Of a stretch of 64,000 nt of DNA, positions 27,040 through 40,479 are shown piece after piece. Source of the DNA: the human T2T-CHM13v2.0 reference genome, Homo sapiens; assembly GCF_009914755.1 (NCBI RefSeq), contig NC_060934.1. One strand, 5' to 3'. How positions within the stretch are numbered: position 1 is the first letter of the stretch; each line of letters starts with the position of its first letter. The notes below the pieces were generated by a model that ran no database searches, was not told the DNA's origin, and saw nothing but the letters and a program-made list of their open reading frames with translations. Both the position numbers and the translations under genes were made by a program.

Positions 27040-27900
27040 AGTAGTTCTTCTGACCATTTAAAAAGTACAGAAAAATATGAAGAATATAATTAATAGCCCA
27101 CAAAATACTAGTGCTATTAAATTTTAGTGTCCTTTCCATCCATATTTTCTAAAAAGAAAAATAGAAGTATTTGATAAAGTTTCAGTATAATGACATATAT
27201 ATGTATATATATACACACACACACACACATATATATATATACAATTTCTATTACAAGATTGGAATCATATTCTACATAAGTTTTCTATCCTGTTTGCACT
27301 TAGCCGTATCAGGTGGCCATTTCCTGAGGTCTTTAAATACTTCTCAAAAACCTAATTTTAATAGCTTCACAACTGTCCACCTGATATGACTGTACCAGGA
27401 TTTATTTAACTGGTCTCCCACTTGCCAACATCTCAGTTGTTTTTATAGTTTTGACTATTCTAAAGCAATGATAAATAGCCTTTAGGTAAATCTTGTATTC
27501 TCAGTTTCATTCCTTAGGGTAGATATCTAGAAGGTGAATCACTGGGCCAAGTGGTAGAAGCACTTCTGGAGCACGTATATGTGTGTGTGTGTGTGTGTGT
27601 GCGCGCATATGTGTGTGTGCGTGTGTGTGTGTGTGTTTGTGTGTGTCTTGCCCAGTGGTCTTTGAGAAAGACAGATGCAAACTAAAATCCTATCAGCAAT
27701 GGATGAGAGGCCCAATCCCACTGCAATTTTATTAGCACTGTTTGTGTGTGCGTGTGTGTTTGCACGCATTTAAACCCGCCTCTGCAAATAGATCAAATGG
27801 GATAGATAAGAAGAGATGGTGTCGGATTTTAGCTTGCATATTTTACAATTAGTGAGATTGAGTAATTTTACATAGATACTTGGATAGATAACGTGCTGAT
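27040..27900 (-). mobile_element. Highly decayed L1M (L1ME/MC-like) remnants with embedded microsatellites
   Basis: TTCCTTAGGGTAGATATCTAGAAGGTGAATCACTGGGCCAA and CCAATCCCACTGCAATTTTATTAGCACTG resemble the old L1 3' region. Confidence 0.55.
27574..27646. repeat. (TG)n/(CG) alternating purine-pyrimidine microsatellite
   Basis: Direct reading. Confidence 0.92.
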
Positions 27901-28429
27901 CAGCTATTGACTTGAAATATATTCATTTTTCCAGTGGATTTGTAAGGTTGTTACGAGATTTGTATGTTTCTTTTTCTTTTTTTTTTATTCATGTTCCTTC
28001 TTATTATAGCATCTGAAATAAAACTAGCTCTGCACATTTAGGAGTTGGGACTCTGTATGTATTGAAATGAAATATAAATCATAGAATTATTGTGGCATTT
28101 GAGAGCTAATCAGATCACACAAGCAAAGCACATAGCGGCGGAAGGGAAGGCATAGGAGAGACAGCCTGAAGTTGGTAGAGCAAACAGTGGTATTGTTGAA
28201 GGATTTGAGTTTAAATGAAAACTGTGAGGAGGAAATTATTAATCATTCCCTTGATTTTATTTTTATTGTCCTATTCCAATGAATCCAGATGCCACTGGTG
28301 AGGTAGGCGGCTTCTATGTACAGAACCACCCAGAAAGCTTAGGATATAGGAGTCAAGGGCACCTGCTTTGTACCAGAGCTGTGTTTGGGCATTGCCTGGG
28401 CATTTTATATTTACTTTTCAACTACCCTT

Positions 28430-28590
28430 AGGCAAAAATTGCTTAACCTCTCTTAGCCTCAGTTCCATCAACTGTGATATGGGAATAATAATACCTCCTC
28501 CCCTGTGTTGTTGTGAGGATGAAAAGAAAGAATTTATGTAAGCCTGGAGCACAGTGTGTGACACAGAATAGGAACCTGATATATGGTCAC
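28430..28590 (+). mobile_element. MIR
   Basis: CTTAACCTCTCTTAGCCTCAGTTCCATCAACTGTGATATGGGAATAATAATACC. Confidence 0.85.
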
Positions 28591-30283
28591 TGTCATTGTG
28601 ATCGCATAGCAGTATGACATGTCACCTGCAGCCAGCATCTTGTGCCGAGGTCACTGTGCAATGCCTCTGTGTAGTTCTTGGACGGTAAAATGATGGTAAA
28701 ATCAATTCAATTCATTCTTCTTACTAATGCAAGTTTAGCCATGTGGCCTGTTAGCTGGTTTAATTTACTACCCACCCCCATCATGTTTCAAGGGATGTTG
28801 ATTTTCTGAACCCAAATGGAAGTGCAAATGACCCAACTAGAGGAAATGCAATAAAAAGACCAATCAAATATATATCAGTGTGTTTTATTTATCCTCCACT
28901 CCTGTTAGTCTCTGGATTTGACAAGTAGAATATGGTGGTGGACAGGAATGCAGACCCTGAGGTCTCTGTGCTTTAATCGAGTAACATGCTTCTTGATATC
29001 AACAGTCTTAGGACTATTGAAGTCATGCCTTTTGGCTCCTTGAATGGCTCTGTTTCTATTTATTTTCCATTTCTTTTAAATTTTAATCACATTAATCATA
29101 TACACATAAATAATTTGGATATTAAAATTTGAACCTCATACAAGCAGCCAATATACATATAAAAGTGCTCAACATCACTAACCATCAGTGAAATGCAGAG
29201 TAAAGCCTCAGTGAGATATCACCTTGTACGAGTCAGAATAGCTATTACTAAGCAGTCAAAAAAACAACAGATGTGGAGAAAAGGAAGTGCTTATACACTG
29301 TTGGTGGGAATGTAAATTAGTACAATTTCTATGGAAAACAGCATGGAGGTTCCTCAAAGAACTAAAAATGGAACTATCATTTGGCCTAGCACTCCCATTA
29401 CTGGGTATCTACCTTCCCAGAAAAGAAATCATTGCATAAAAAAGGCACCTGCACTCATGTTTATCACAGCATTGTTCATAATAGCAAAGTCATAAAATCA
29501 ACCTAAATGTCCTTCAATGGATGATTGGATGAAGAAAATGATGATTTTCTCTCTCAGCCGTAAAAAAGAATGCAATCATGTCTTTTGCAGCAACGTGGGT
29601 GGAGCTGGAGGCCATTATCTTAGGTGAAATAACTCAGAAACAGAAAATCAAATACTGTGTGTTTTCACTTATAAGTAGGAGTTAAACAATGGCCACACAT
29701 GGACATAGAGATGGAAACAGTAGGCACTGGGGATTCCAAAAGGGGGAAAGGAAGTGTCAGAGGCATATAATAAATGCACAACAAGTTTTTCTTCAAGCAA
29801 AAACCTGCTTATGATCTGCTCTTTAACAAAAATTGTAAAAGGTTATAAAAGGTTTATGAGACTCTTACCTTATGGTCAAATTGATTAAGATTAAATACAC
29901 TTGTCTATATGGTCTTATTAAGAATTTGGTTTGACATCAATAATGCACTAATGCAACAGTAACATTTGGCCTATTTGGTATAAAAGTCATACAGGAAGCA
30001 TTATCAAATGTGAAATAGTGTTTTTTTTTGGGGGGCTGTATTTGTATAAATGTGTTATTGGTACATGATCCAAAATTGTGGGAAACTCCTATAAATCTGG
30101 TATGACTTAGTGTATGTTATTAGTAATTATTATGTTAAAATCATTCTATGCCACAGAGGTAACCAAATTTCTTTGTCAATCAAGTTTTTGACTGTAGCTG
30201 TCCTAAGATGTTTTGTCATCCACAGATAATTATTGTCTTGTTTTAATCCTCTTTAGAAGATGGTTTATAATCAGCTATAGGAC

Positions 30284-30580
30284 TTTTTTTCTTTTTTTTG
30301 AGATGGAGTCTTACTCTGTCGCCCAGGCTGAAGTGCAGTGGTGTGATCTCGGCTCACTGCAACCTCTGCCTCCTAGGTTCAAGTGATTCTCCTGCCTCAT
30401 CCTTCTAGTAGCTGGGATTACAAGCATGTGCCACCATGCCTGGCTTATTTTTGTATTTTTAGTGAAGATAAGGTTTCACCGTGTTGGCCAGGCTGGTCTC
30501 AAACTCCTGGCCTCAGGTGGTCCACCTGCCTAGGCCTCCCAAACTGCCGGGATTATAGGCATAAGCCACCATGCCTGGCC
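30284..30580 (-). mobile_element. AluS in ERV internal region
   Basis: Full antisense dimer; AGGACTTT flanks. Confidence 0.93.
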
Positions 30581-32072
30581 AGGACTTTGACAGATGTTCT
30601 TAAATGCAAGTTTCTGATAACTTTGGAGATTGTGACGTTAGAATAGAGGAAAAAAGTTTCAGGACACACGGAGAACTGGAATGTTCATACATATCAAGCA
30701 GAACAGGAGTTAAATGAATTGACTGAACTAACAGCAGTCTAAAATGATCTTTTTCACTTTTTGCTTAAAACATTGCTGATCCTTTGTTTTCCAGAGTCCA
30801 GAAAACTTTTCTTTTTAGTTATTTACAGCTTTTAACAATTGAGCAAAGTGTACTCCTGTGAACAAAATCTGGAGCATATTTGTTTCTCTCTACCTGATTT
30901 CTCTAGAATTTGGAAACTATTTGTAAGATCTTAATTTATGGCAATATAATTATTTTCATAAGTGCAATAAGAACCTGTTTTCTTTTGCCACAGAACAAAA
31001 TTGGAGAAATTGGTTATTTTACCAAGGCTTTGACTGGAATGGATGCTTTCCTTTAAGCAATCAAACTTGACTTGTAAAGCCAATGAAAGCCGCTTGGGGA
31101 ACTGGCCTATACTTTGCCTACAGAGTCCCTATGCAGGGTTTCTGACCTGTGGTAAGTAAAGAATGTCACTTTCTAACAGGTCCAGGAACCCCAAGTTATC
31201 TTCGTACCCCAAGAAAAGAAGAATTTACTCAACTCATAGGTATTTGAGAGTACAAACCCATGGCAGGGTTGGGCTCTAAAAAAGTGTTATCTAAGATTCC
31301 TTCTATGCAACCGAGTTCCATCAAAGCCAATTTAAAAAGAGCTTATGTGAAAAACAATTATTCTTGCTACAGTTTATACAAATAATCAGGCCAAGTATAA
31401 TAAAGCAAATCAGTCTTACCATGATTTGTCTTTAATAAAAATGGGAAACTGGAGAGAGAAGTTATGTTTCAGAAATTATGGTACACTTGTATTAAATTTT
31501 AGTCTCATCAGTTGTTTTTAAGTTTGTTTCTGCAATTTAGGCTAACCCTGCTTATTCCTGTGAACCAACCAGTGATCTCTGACTGCTGCTCAGAAAAAAC
31601 AAGAGGGATAGGTAATATAACAATCTAAATCAATATTCTAATTCTGGGCACATTGCAATCAACTAGCAACCCCATATCAGCTTGGTTCCAACAGTTGCCC
31701 AGTTCATGGAAAGCCTTCTAATTTAGTTTACTTGGAATAATTTTACGTATTTTGCTTTACTGTTGTGGAATATATTGCTATTGTACTCTTTGTATAGGAA
31801 TGCAGGATAAGCTTACTCAACATTGTCTTAAACTGAACTCTTATTATTTTTTCAGATAGCACCTTTTGTCAGAACTTAAGAGTTATGAATGGCCCTTACC
31901 ATACTGATGCTTTCTGACTGAGCTCCTCTCTACCCCTAACACAAGAGACTCTAATAGTCAGCCAGGAATAGATCATCACCCCTATTCAGCCTGAAGAAGT
32001 TACAGAAGATGAATCTTTGTCCCTCTGCAACCCTTAGGATTAAGGGTTCTTTTATAAAAGGGAGGGGGGAAA

Positions 32073-32609
32073 TGTAAGAGGTGTGTGAACCAGTGCAACT
32101 CCATCTTGAATGGGAGCTGGGTAAAATGAGGCTGAGACCTACTGGGCTGCATTCCCAGATGGAAGGCATTCTAAGTCACAGGATGAGATAGGAAGTTGGC
32201 ACAAAATATAGGACACAAAGACCTTGCTAATAAAACAGTTTGCAGTAAAGAAGCTGGCCAAGACCCACCAAAACCAAGATGGTGACAAGAGTGACCTCTG
32301 GTCGTCCTCACTGCTATATGCCATAACAGTTTATGAACGTTATGGCAATGTCAGGAAGTTACCCTATATGGTCTAAAAAGGGGAGGCACGAATAATCTGC
32401 CCTTTATTTAGCACATCATTAAGAAATAACCATAAAAATGGGCAACCAGCAACCCTTGGGGCTGCTCTGTCTATGGAGTAGCCATTCTTTTATTTCTCTA
32501 CTTTCTTAATAAACTTGCTTTCACTTTAGTGACTCGCCCTGAATTCTTTCTTGTGTGAGATCTAAGAACCCTCTCCCGGTGTCTGGATCAGGACCACTTT
32601 TCTGTAACA
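32073..32609 (+). mobile_element. MER41A-like 3' LTR
   Basis: TGTAAGAGGTGTGTGAACCAGTGCAACTCCATCTTGAAT...AATAAACTTGCTTTCAC...GTAACA; lacks the GAS-bearing segment seen in the MER41B copy. Confidence 0.88.
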
Positions 32610-32910
32610 GTAGGAAAAGGGTAAGTGTTGAAAAGTGACCTACTGGGTACAATGTTTACTATTTGGGTGATGGGTACACTAGAAGCCCCAACTTCACCAT
32701 TATGCAATATATCCATATAACAAACTTGCACCTGTACCTCCTGAATGTAATTTTTTTTTAAATTAACTTACTAGAAGTTTTCTCCCACAGAGACTCCCAC
32801 CTCCCCTTTCTATTTCTTTTGCCCTCAAGAGACAAAACCCACCTATTTGAATATTAGATACATTAGTATTAGTTAAAGGATTTACCCAAGAGAACCCAAG
32901 AACAGAGACA

Positions 32911-33245
32911 GGGCCTGCTTGGTGGCTCATGCCTGTAATCCCAGCACTTTGGGAGGCCAAGGCGGGAGGATGGCTTGAACCCAGGAGTTTGAGATCAGCC
33001 TTGGCAACATAGCAAAACCTCATCTGTATAAATAAATAAATAAATAAATAAACAAACAAATAATTAGCTAGGCTTTGTGGTGCGTGCCTGTAGTCCCAGC
33101 TACTTGGGAGGCTGAGGCAGGAGGATTGCTTGAGGCCAGGAGTTCAACGCTGCAGTGATCTATGATCGCAGCACTGCACTCTAACCTGGGTGCCAGAGTG
33201 AGACCCTGTCTCAAAAAGACAAACAAAACAAACAAAAAACAGAGA
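32911..33245 (+). mobile_element. AluJ-type with expanded (TAAA)n linker
   Basis: Full dimer. Confidence 0.93.
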
Positions 33246-33479
33246 CAAAAATAAAGCTCAGGATGACACATACAATTCAAAGGCTTCCCAATGACAAAAC
33301 CACTGTTGAGATTGACAGCAACCATCCATGCATCTTCCTTAGGCGTGTCTTTTGTTCTCCTGGACGGCCTTGGCATGTCCTTTCACGGAAGGATCTAAGA
33401 GTCAGTCCCTCCAGGCACCACAGGAAACAGCTGCACTCCCAGGGATGCCTCTCACCTAAGGTGCACCCTTGCTAGAACT

Positions 33480-33960
33480 TGCCAGATTGGGGGCCCCCGG
33501 GAGCTGTGCCGGCAGAGGCGGGCTCCTGCAGCTGAAGCTGATCTCCCTCCTTCATGGTTTGGTGGGCAAGGAATCCGGTTGCCATGGCAACTCCAGCAGC
33601 CATTCAGGCTGGAGGGAACATTCCCTAAGGCTCCTCTCCATCTGTGTGTCCTTGGCGATTTCCCTGCCCTGGTGAAGGAGGTGGGGATCCACTTCCTCCA
33701 GGGATCTCCCCCAGCTCACCGATGGTATAAATGGGCAGGGGAACTGCGTTGTCATGGCAGCAACTCCTCTAGCTCTTCCATTCAGAGAAAGTCTGGCTCA
33801 GGGAATCTGCCTGGTGTTCCCAATGGCAAAGCTGGCAAGGAACTGCATTATCATAATGATTTCCACACTGTCTTTCCAAGAGAGGGTTGGCTTTGTTGGG
33901 TTCCTGCTGGAGGCTGGGCCCTTGTTCCCACTGCCATGGTAACATCCCCAGTGGCACGGA
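33480..33960. promoter_or_regulatory. RFX X-box cluster with TATA box (candidate enhancer/promoter)
   Basis: Perfect GTTGCCATGGCAAC at 33578-91; GTTGTCATGGCAGC at 33748-61; ACTGCCATGGTAAC at 33930-43; TATAAATG at 33726-33; CpG-bearing GC-rich stretch at 33490-33525. Confidence 0.65.
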
Positions 33961-34459
33961 CCAGGCAGGTTTCTCACCAGCCAAGCCCCAATGCCGCCTT
34001 TCAAGTCTGTTCTTGTTTCCCTAGACCCCTTTTCTTCTTTTTCCCAAACCCCAGACGTTCTGCTGGTGTCACCTCTCTTAATCCTTGAGATCACTGTGAT
34101 CAAGTCTTTCTTCCTGCCCAAGACTAGTTTTAGGGTAAGATGCTGTCTTTGACTGTGTTCACCTTCCCTTCCGTCCATCAAAGTTCCCCCCAACCAAAAA
34201 AAAAAAAAATCCATTTTGGAAAAAGGAGGGTTTTGTATGCAAGATAATGGGATACAAGGAAATCAAAAGAGTAATCATCACGGGAATGTCCAACAATCCT
34301 GTAAGTCATACTGTGTTCATCCATGTGAGGGTGTCTTTTCCCTTCAACCCTCACAGTGTCTTCCTATTCCTGGACTTGGAGCCTTTGGTGGAAACAGGGG
34401 GCTTTGGTGTTGGAACATCTGGGTTTGAATCTTGTTTCAGTCATTTATTTTCTTTTATC

Positions 34460-34617
34460 ATTTTTTTTTTATTTCTTAGAGAGGAAGCCCTGCTATATCA
34501 CTTGGGCTGGTGCAACTCACCGCAGGCTCACTGCATCCTCAAACTCCTGGGCTCAAACGGTCCTCTCACCTCAGCCTCCTGTGTAGCTAGGACTATTCCC
34601 TGCCAGTGTGCCCAGCC
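34460..34617 (-). mobile_element. Alu right arm/FRAM fragment inside a MIR remnant
   Basis: GGCTCACTGCATCCTCAAACTCCTGGGCTCAA. Confidence 0.75.
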
Positions 34618-34899
34618 TCAATCTGCTTTTACAAACTGAAAGATCATGGGAGAGTCACATCTTTCTGGGAAGGAGAATTAGAAGGAGGAAGTAAATGTCT
34701 TCCTTGCCAAATTGTGGTAAGAGAGAGGTAATGTATATGAAAGTTCTTTGTCAATACTCTAGGCACTTAACAGACCTTGATAATTTTGGTAATTTTTATT
34801 CCTATGGGACATTTGTAATTGATGTATTCATTGAGGTAGTCCTTCAGTGGATGAATTATGCGGCTCATTCAGATACTTCCCTAAGGCAGGCTCTATAAC

Positions 34900-35050
34900 C
34901 TTCCAGGAGCATCACTTTTCTCATCTGTACAATGGGACAGTACCAGTCTCAGTGGAGGATTTTGAAGATTAAATGAGGTACTGAACAGAAATGCATACAG
35001 CAGGCCCAGGCAGACAGTTCCTGCCCAATTAATGGTTATTATTATTATCG
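34900..35050 (+). mobile_element. MIR
   Basis: TTTTCTCATCTGTACAATGGG...GAAGATTAAATGAG. Confidence 0.75.
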
Positions 35051-35144
35051 ATTGCCTACTATGTGCTCTTAACAGGATTCCCCTCTGAATTCTTCAGTGA
35101 GTTTGCTGCTGCTGTGGCTCAGGCCTTTCCCACGTGTACTCTAG

Positions 35145-36062
<918 letters not shown>

Positions 36063-36204
36063 CTTTAAAGGCTGAGAATAAGCAAAAAGGGATGGGAACA
36101 TAAAAGAACCCCTGCAGATAGTAACTGTGCCCCAGGACAAGGGGTTATTTGAAATGACCAGAGGGGCCAAAATACTTCCCCCTCTTTTAATTCTCAATGG
36201 TCGG

Positions 36205-36610
36205 TGCAATGGTTTCAATGTTTGTCTCCTGCACACCTCATCTTGAAATTCAGTCCCCAAGGTTGGAGGTGGAACCTGGTGGGAGGTGTTTGGATGATGG
36301 AGCTGGTCACGGATAGGTTAATGCCTTTCCTGTGGGGGTGAGTGAGTTCTCACTCTATTACTTCTTGCCGGAGCTGATTGTTTAAAAGAGCCTGGAACCT
36401 TCCCCCTTGCTATCTGATCTCTGTACCACTTTGCAGCTCCCCTCCACCTTCTACCATGAGTGGAAGCAGCCTAAGGCCCACCCTCACTAGATGCAGATGC
36501 CCAATCTTGAACTTTCCAACCGTCAGAACCATGAGCCACATAAACCTTTTTTTCTTTATAAATTGCCCAGCTTCAGGTATTACTTTAGCAACACAAAACA
36601 GACTAACGCA
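36205..36610 (+). mobile_element. MST-type MaLR solo LTR
   Basis: TGCAATGGTTTCAATGTTTGTC...AGCAACACAAAACAGACTAACGCA; 5-bp TSD-like GTCGG/GTGGG. Confidence 0.85.
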
Positions 36611-38234
36611 GTGGGTCAGCAAGCGTGGCCCTGAAATTTAGAGCAGGGACAAATTGTTTTGGGGAAACTTCCTCTCCTGGTTGCCTCTTTTCTTCCTTAT
36701 GTCTCTTTATCCACCTTGACTGTCAATACCCTCTTGCAGACACTGGGACTCTTACCCAGGCCTACCCTCCCGCAAGTGGTGCCACCAGCTCTCAGACCTT
36801 CCCCGAGTCCTCCTTCTTCGAACTCACCTGACTATTGCTTTCAAGTACAGCTCAGTGTTCAGCAGTCTAATCAATAATTTATAGATAAGACATTAAAAAG
36901 TAATGAGCACATAAAACACTGCCCCTCCCAGAAAATATTTCTGCAGTTCAACTGGGACTTTCAAAGGCTTTGCTCCTAACCCCTTGTGAAAGCTTTCATA
37001 TCTACATCAGCCTGCAGTGGTGGAGCCCTCCCCTCCCTGAACTACCACTAAACTTCCAGGACTTCAGATTTAATTGTGCTTTAATTATTTCATGTGCTAG
37101 TCTGTTCTCCCCAGTGAGACTGTAAATTTCAGAAAATATTTTTATGCCAGCATTATTGGGCATAAAATGAACTTTCAGTAAAATTTTTACAATTGATTAG
37201 TAAGAGTGAGCATTTTTTCAACCAGGAAAATGTCTTCTATCATGGAGTTATATTTGGAAAGTTGGATTCTCCTAAACCCCTGATGGATTCTAGCCACAAT
37301 TATTTTTGAGGCTCTGTCTCTATTTGCTTCTTCCTGAATAACCACGATAGGATGATTCTATTTCAGTGAGGATGTCATCTCAGGTGGGCTAGCTTTAACA
37401 GAGTTCCTAGGATGGCTGTGTATAAATTTGCATCCAAAGAGGCAGCTGTGGACCTGTAAATATACTTTATTCGAAATGTCTGATTGTTTCTGATAAGCCA
37501 TTGGATATCTTAGTTCCAGGAAGTCCAAGTTTAAAATAGATTCTATTAAAGGTAGTGAAGCGTAATGGGGTTGCATCTTCCTTATTGATTAGATATTTTT
37601 AAGATGTACCTTTTGCTCAAAACCAAAGGACAGGAATACAAGAAAAGCATACTCTAAGATAATTAATTAAGTCAGAGGAAAACGGTAGGTAAAAGAAAAT
37701 AAATGTCTAAGCCAGCCAGGTTATTTCCATTTGTAAAGACTGTTTCTTTCTCACTAGAGTTTTTCAAACATAGGACCCCATCAGAAAAAGGTTGCTGGTC
37801 TCTAGCTCCCATGGGTATAAATTAAGGAAATGCTAATAATATCTCACTAGGTGTTATTAACTGTTATGAAGATATTTCAGGATAGAGCTGTTCATAAAGA
37901 TAACATTCAATGCATCAAATTCCTTTTTCTGGCAGATAAATTAAAATGCCCTTTAAAAGGGAGTGCATTAGCTCACCGGGGTCAAAGTAACATCCTCTGC
38001 AACGCCAAGGAGCCTGGCTTTCCTCTGAGGACTGTTTGCAGAATTGACTTACGCTCACTCACACCATCAGAGGAAAGCTAAGTGAGGAGGACTCCAGGGA
38101 TAGTTTTTCCTTCAGTAAGTCCCCAGAGGAAAAAATGGATACCTTGTGTCATGATATGGGGACAGAAACTGGGAAGGGAAGAGACATGGCTCTGGTTGCC
38201 TCGGTCCCCCTACCCAGAGGATTTAGGGGTAGAA

Positions 38235-38691
38235 CATGCAGTGGGTGCTGTGGTCCAACACCCAGATCCCAAAATCCCCCCTCAGGATGGAGACATTCAA
38301 ATGCCCTGATTTATGGGGGTGTTGGCTATTGAAAGTTCACCACTGAGTCCTTCCGGAGCAATTGTCAATAGTTGAAGAAAACCTCTTCACCCAGGGTCAG
38401 GTCTCTGCCACTGGAGGAAGCTGTAACTGGGGACTTGATGATGGGGGATGGGAATAAAACACAGGCTCCTTGCCTCAAGTGGGACTCTGAACGGCCATCC
38501 CAGCTCTCCTGCCCTCTGTGTGATGATGACTGAGGCCTTCATTAAGATTGCACTGCAATTTAACTCCTCCCTTTCCCAATCCTGTTTCTTTCCCTTCTGC
38601 ATGAGTGTTGATTCTAAGAGCACTTCCCACAAACTTCCTCATACAAATCTTCATCTCAGGGTCTGTTTCCTGGAGGGCACTCAACTAAGAC
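38235..38691 (+). mobile_element. LTR16-like ERVL LTR
   Basis: 3' end CAAATCTTCATCTCAGGGTCTGTTTCCTGGAGGGCACTCAACTAAGACA. Confidence 0.7.
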
Positions 38692-39695
38692 AGAATGTCT
38701 TTTAAATTTTGAACTAAGATTGAGACTTTTCTACTGGGGAAGTTTCTCTTGGCTCATAGAAACCTAAAACCTTAAGACATGACAGGGCAACATTAACCAA
38801 TTTTGCAGAGAAGGAACTGACACTCAGAAAGATGAGGACTAAGGTCACACAGTAGACACTGCAGAATGGCCCCATGTAGAACTCAGTTGGGTTGACATCC
38901 AAACCAGTGGTCTGATCCATATCAAGTGTCCTCCCTGACATCTCCATGATAAGAAGCAGGCAGCTGATAGGCAGGTAGGTATGAACTTGCTCCCTTCCGA
39001 GAAAGGAGTGATGAGAGATACTGAACCAATGGAAGGGGGTCTACCCCATTCCTGCAAAGGTGTTTAGATTTGTGCTAAGACGGGGCCGCAAGGAGGTGGC
39101 CAGATTCCATGACTGCTCAGCTTCCTCCCATTTCCTTTCTTTTGATGTTGAGGGGGCTATGAAATAGGTAATAAGTGTCGTAGAGAAGAATGAGGAGCTG
39201 AAGAACCCTCTAGGCTCAGCTGGTCCCATCATAACAAATCTTGGCGAGGAGGACGGCTGCCAGAGTAACAGTAGCAGAGTCATCCTGAGCTCAGGCAGGC
39301 TGCAGAGTTAGTGCGGGTATGAAGCATTCCAGTGATTACACTCTTACTGTTTAGTAGGTCATTCTTACAAAATGCTTTACAGGCACTGATTCATTTCCCC
39401 AGAAGTCTCTCACCACATTATTGCCTTACTTTAGTGAATGAGTCTGAAGCTTTCCAGTGTCAGAGGAAACTGAAAAGTCTGAAGAGAGGTCTATAAAATT
39501 GCCTATTTCACAGCCCCTTTCAGAGCTTTTCTGTGGTGTATGTTGTTACTTTCCTTTCTGGCAAAATCTTCCCCTTCCTGCTTCCTAACCCCAATATTTA
39601 TGGGTAAGATTGACTCCTGACACCTCCACCCTCTGCCAAAAGTGGGGAGGGGTGGGTCCTCAATGTCTTAAACCAATCAGCAGAATCCCATCCAT

Positions 39696-39709
39696 GTTTC
39701 CATGGTGAC
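39696..39709. promoter_or_regulatory. RFX X-box-like motif
   Basis: GTTTCCATGGTGAC, 15 bp from CCAATCAG. Confidence 0.35.
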
Positions 39710-39850
39710 TGTCTTAGAGAATCCCTTCCTAGTTCTAAACCGATGAGAGTCAGCCCCTTACAGTGTCCTGGTCTCACCGGTTAGTTCCAAGAGGATATGA
39801 GAGCTAACTTTGGCCAATTAAAGTGTAAGAATTGATGGTGAGAGAAATAA

Positions 39851-39914
39851 GTTTCTTGTCCTCCTAAATGGAACCATGTGGAGTTTCTTGTCCTCCTAAA
39901 TGGAACGAGGTGGA
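39851..39914. repeat. 32-bp tandem duplication
   Basis: GTTTCTTGTCCTCCTAAATGGAAC(CAT/GAG)GTGGA x2. Confidence 0.9.
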
Positions 39915-40137
39915 GATAGGAGGCCTGGGACTGATGCCTCCATGTATATCCGTCTTGTCTCAAAGATGTCTAGCTTGAGGATGAAGGTAACACACCCTTG
40001 AGGGTGACATAGGTAAGAAATGTCACAGAGGAATGGAGATAACTGCCAAGATTGTGCTGGAGTCCTGAGTCCTGATCAAATAGCATTTGATTTTTACTCT
40101 ATCTCTGGATTTTTTAAATTATTGTTTTTCTTTTTAA

Positions 40138-40479
<342 letters not shown>

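Larger units (their letters stand above)
29755..32609 (+). mobile_element. Deleted MER41-type provirus: ~10-bp 5' LTR stub, ~2.3 kb internal sequence, PPT, 3' LTR
   Basis: TGTCAGAGGC at 29755; MER4-group-like internal sequence; PPT AAAAGGGAGGGGGGAAA at ~32056-32072; TSD-like GAAG/GTAG. Confidence 0.8.
29130..32760 (+). mobile_element. L1MA/PB-type 3' end split by an ERV (29130-29754 and 32610-32760)
   Basis: L1 ORF2 end and 3'UTR stop at GGGGATTCCAAAAGGGGGAAAGGAAG and resume at GTAGGAAAAGGGTAAGTGTTGAAAAGTGACCTACTGGGTACAATG. Confidence 0.88.

Noticed and set aside
28628-28650. GCCAGCATCTTGTGCC as a third copy of the 35-bp element
   Set aside because: Only ~11 contiguous bases match and the TTTGCATAA part is missing; compatible with chance.
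29766-32055. Intact ERV gag/pol/env
   Set aside because: The ORF track shows no long frame here; the internal region is non-coding and decayed.
33579-34214. Overlapping 169-aa and 138-aa ORFs over the RFX cluster
   Set aside because: No recognisable domain, ORFs on both strands, GC-richer sequence; a regulatory explanation fits better.
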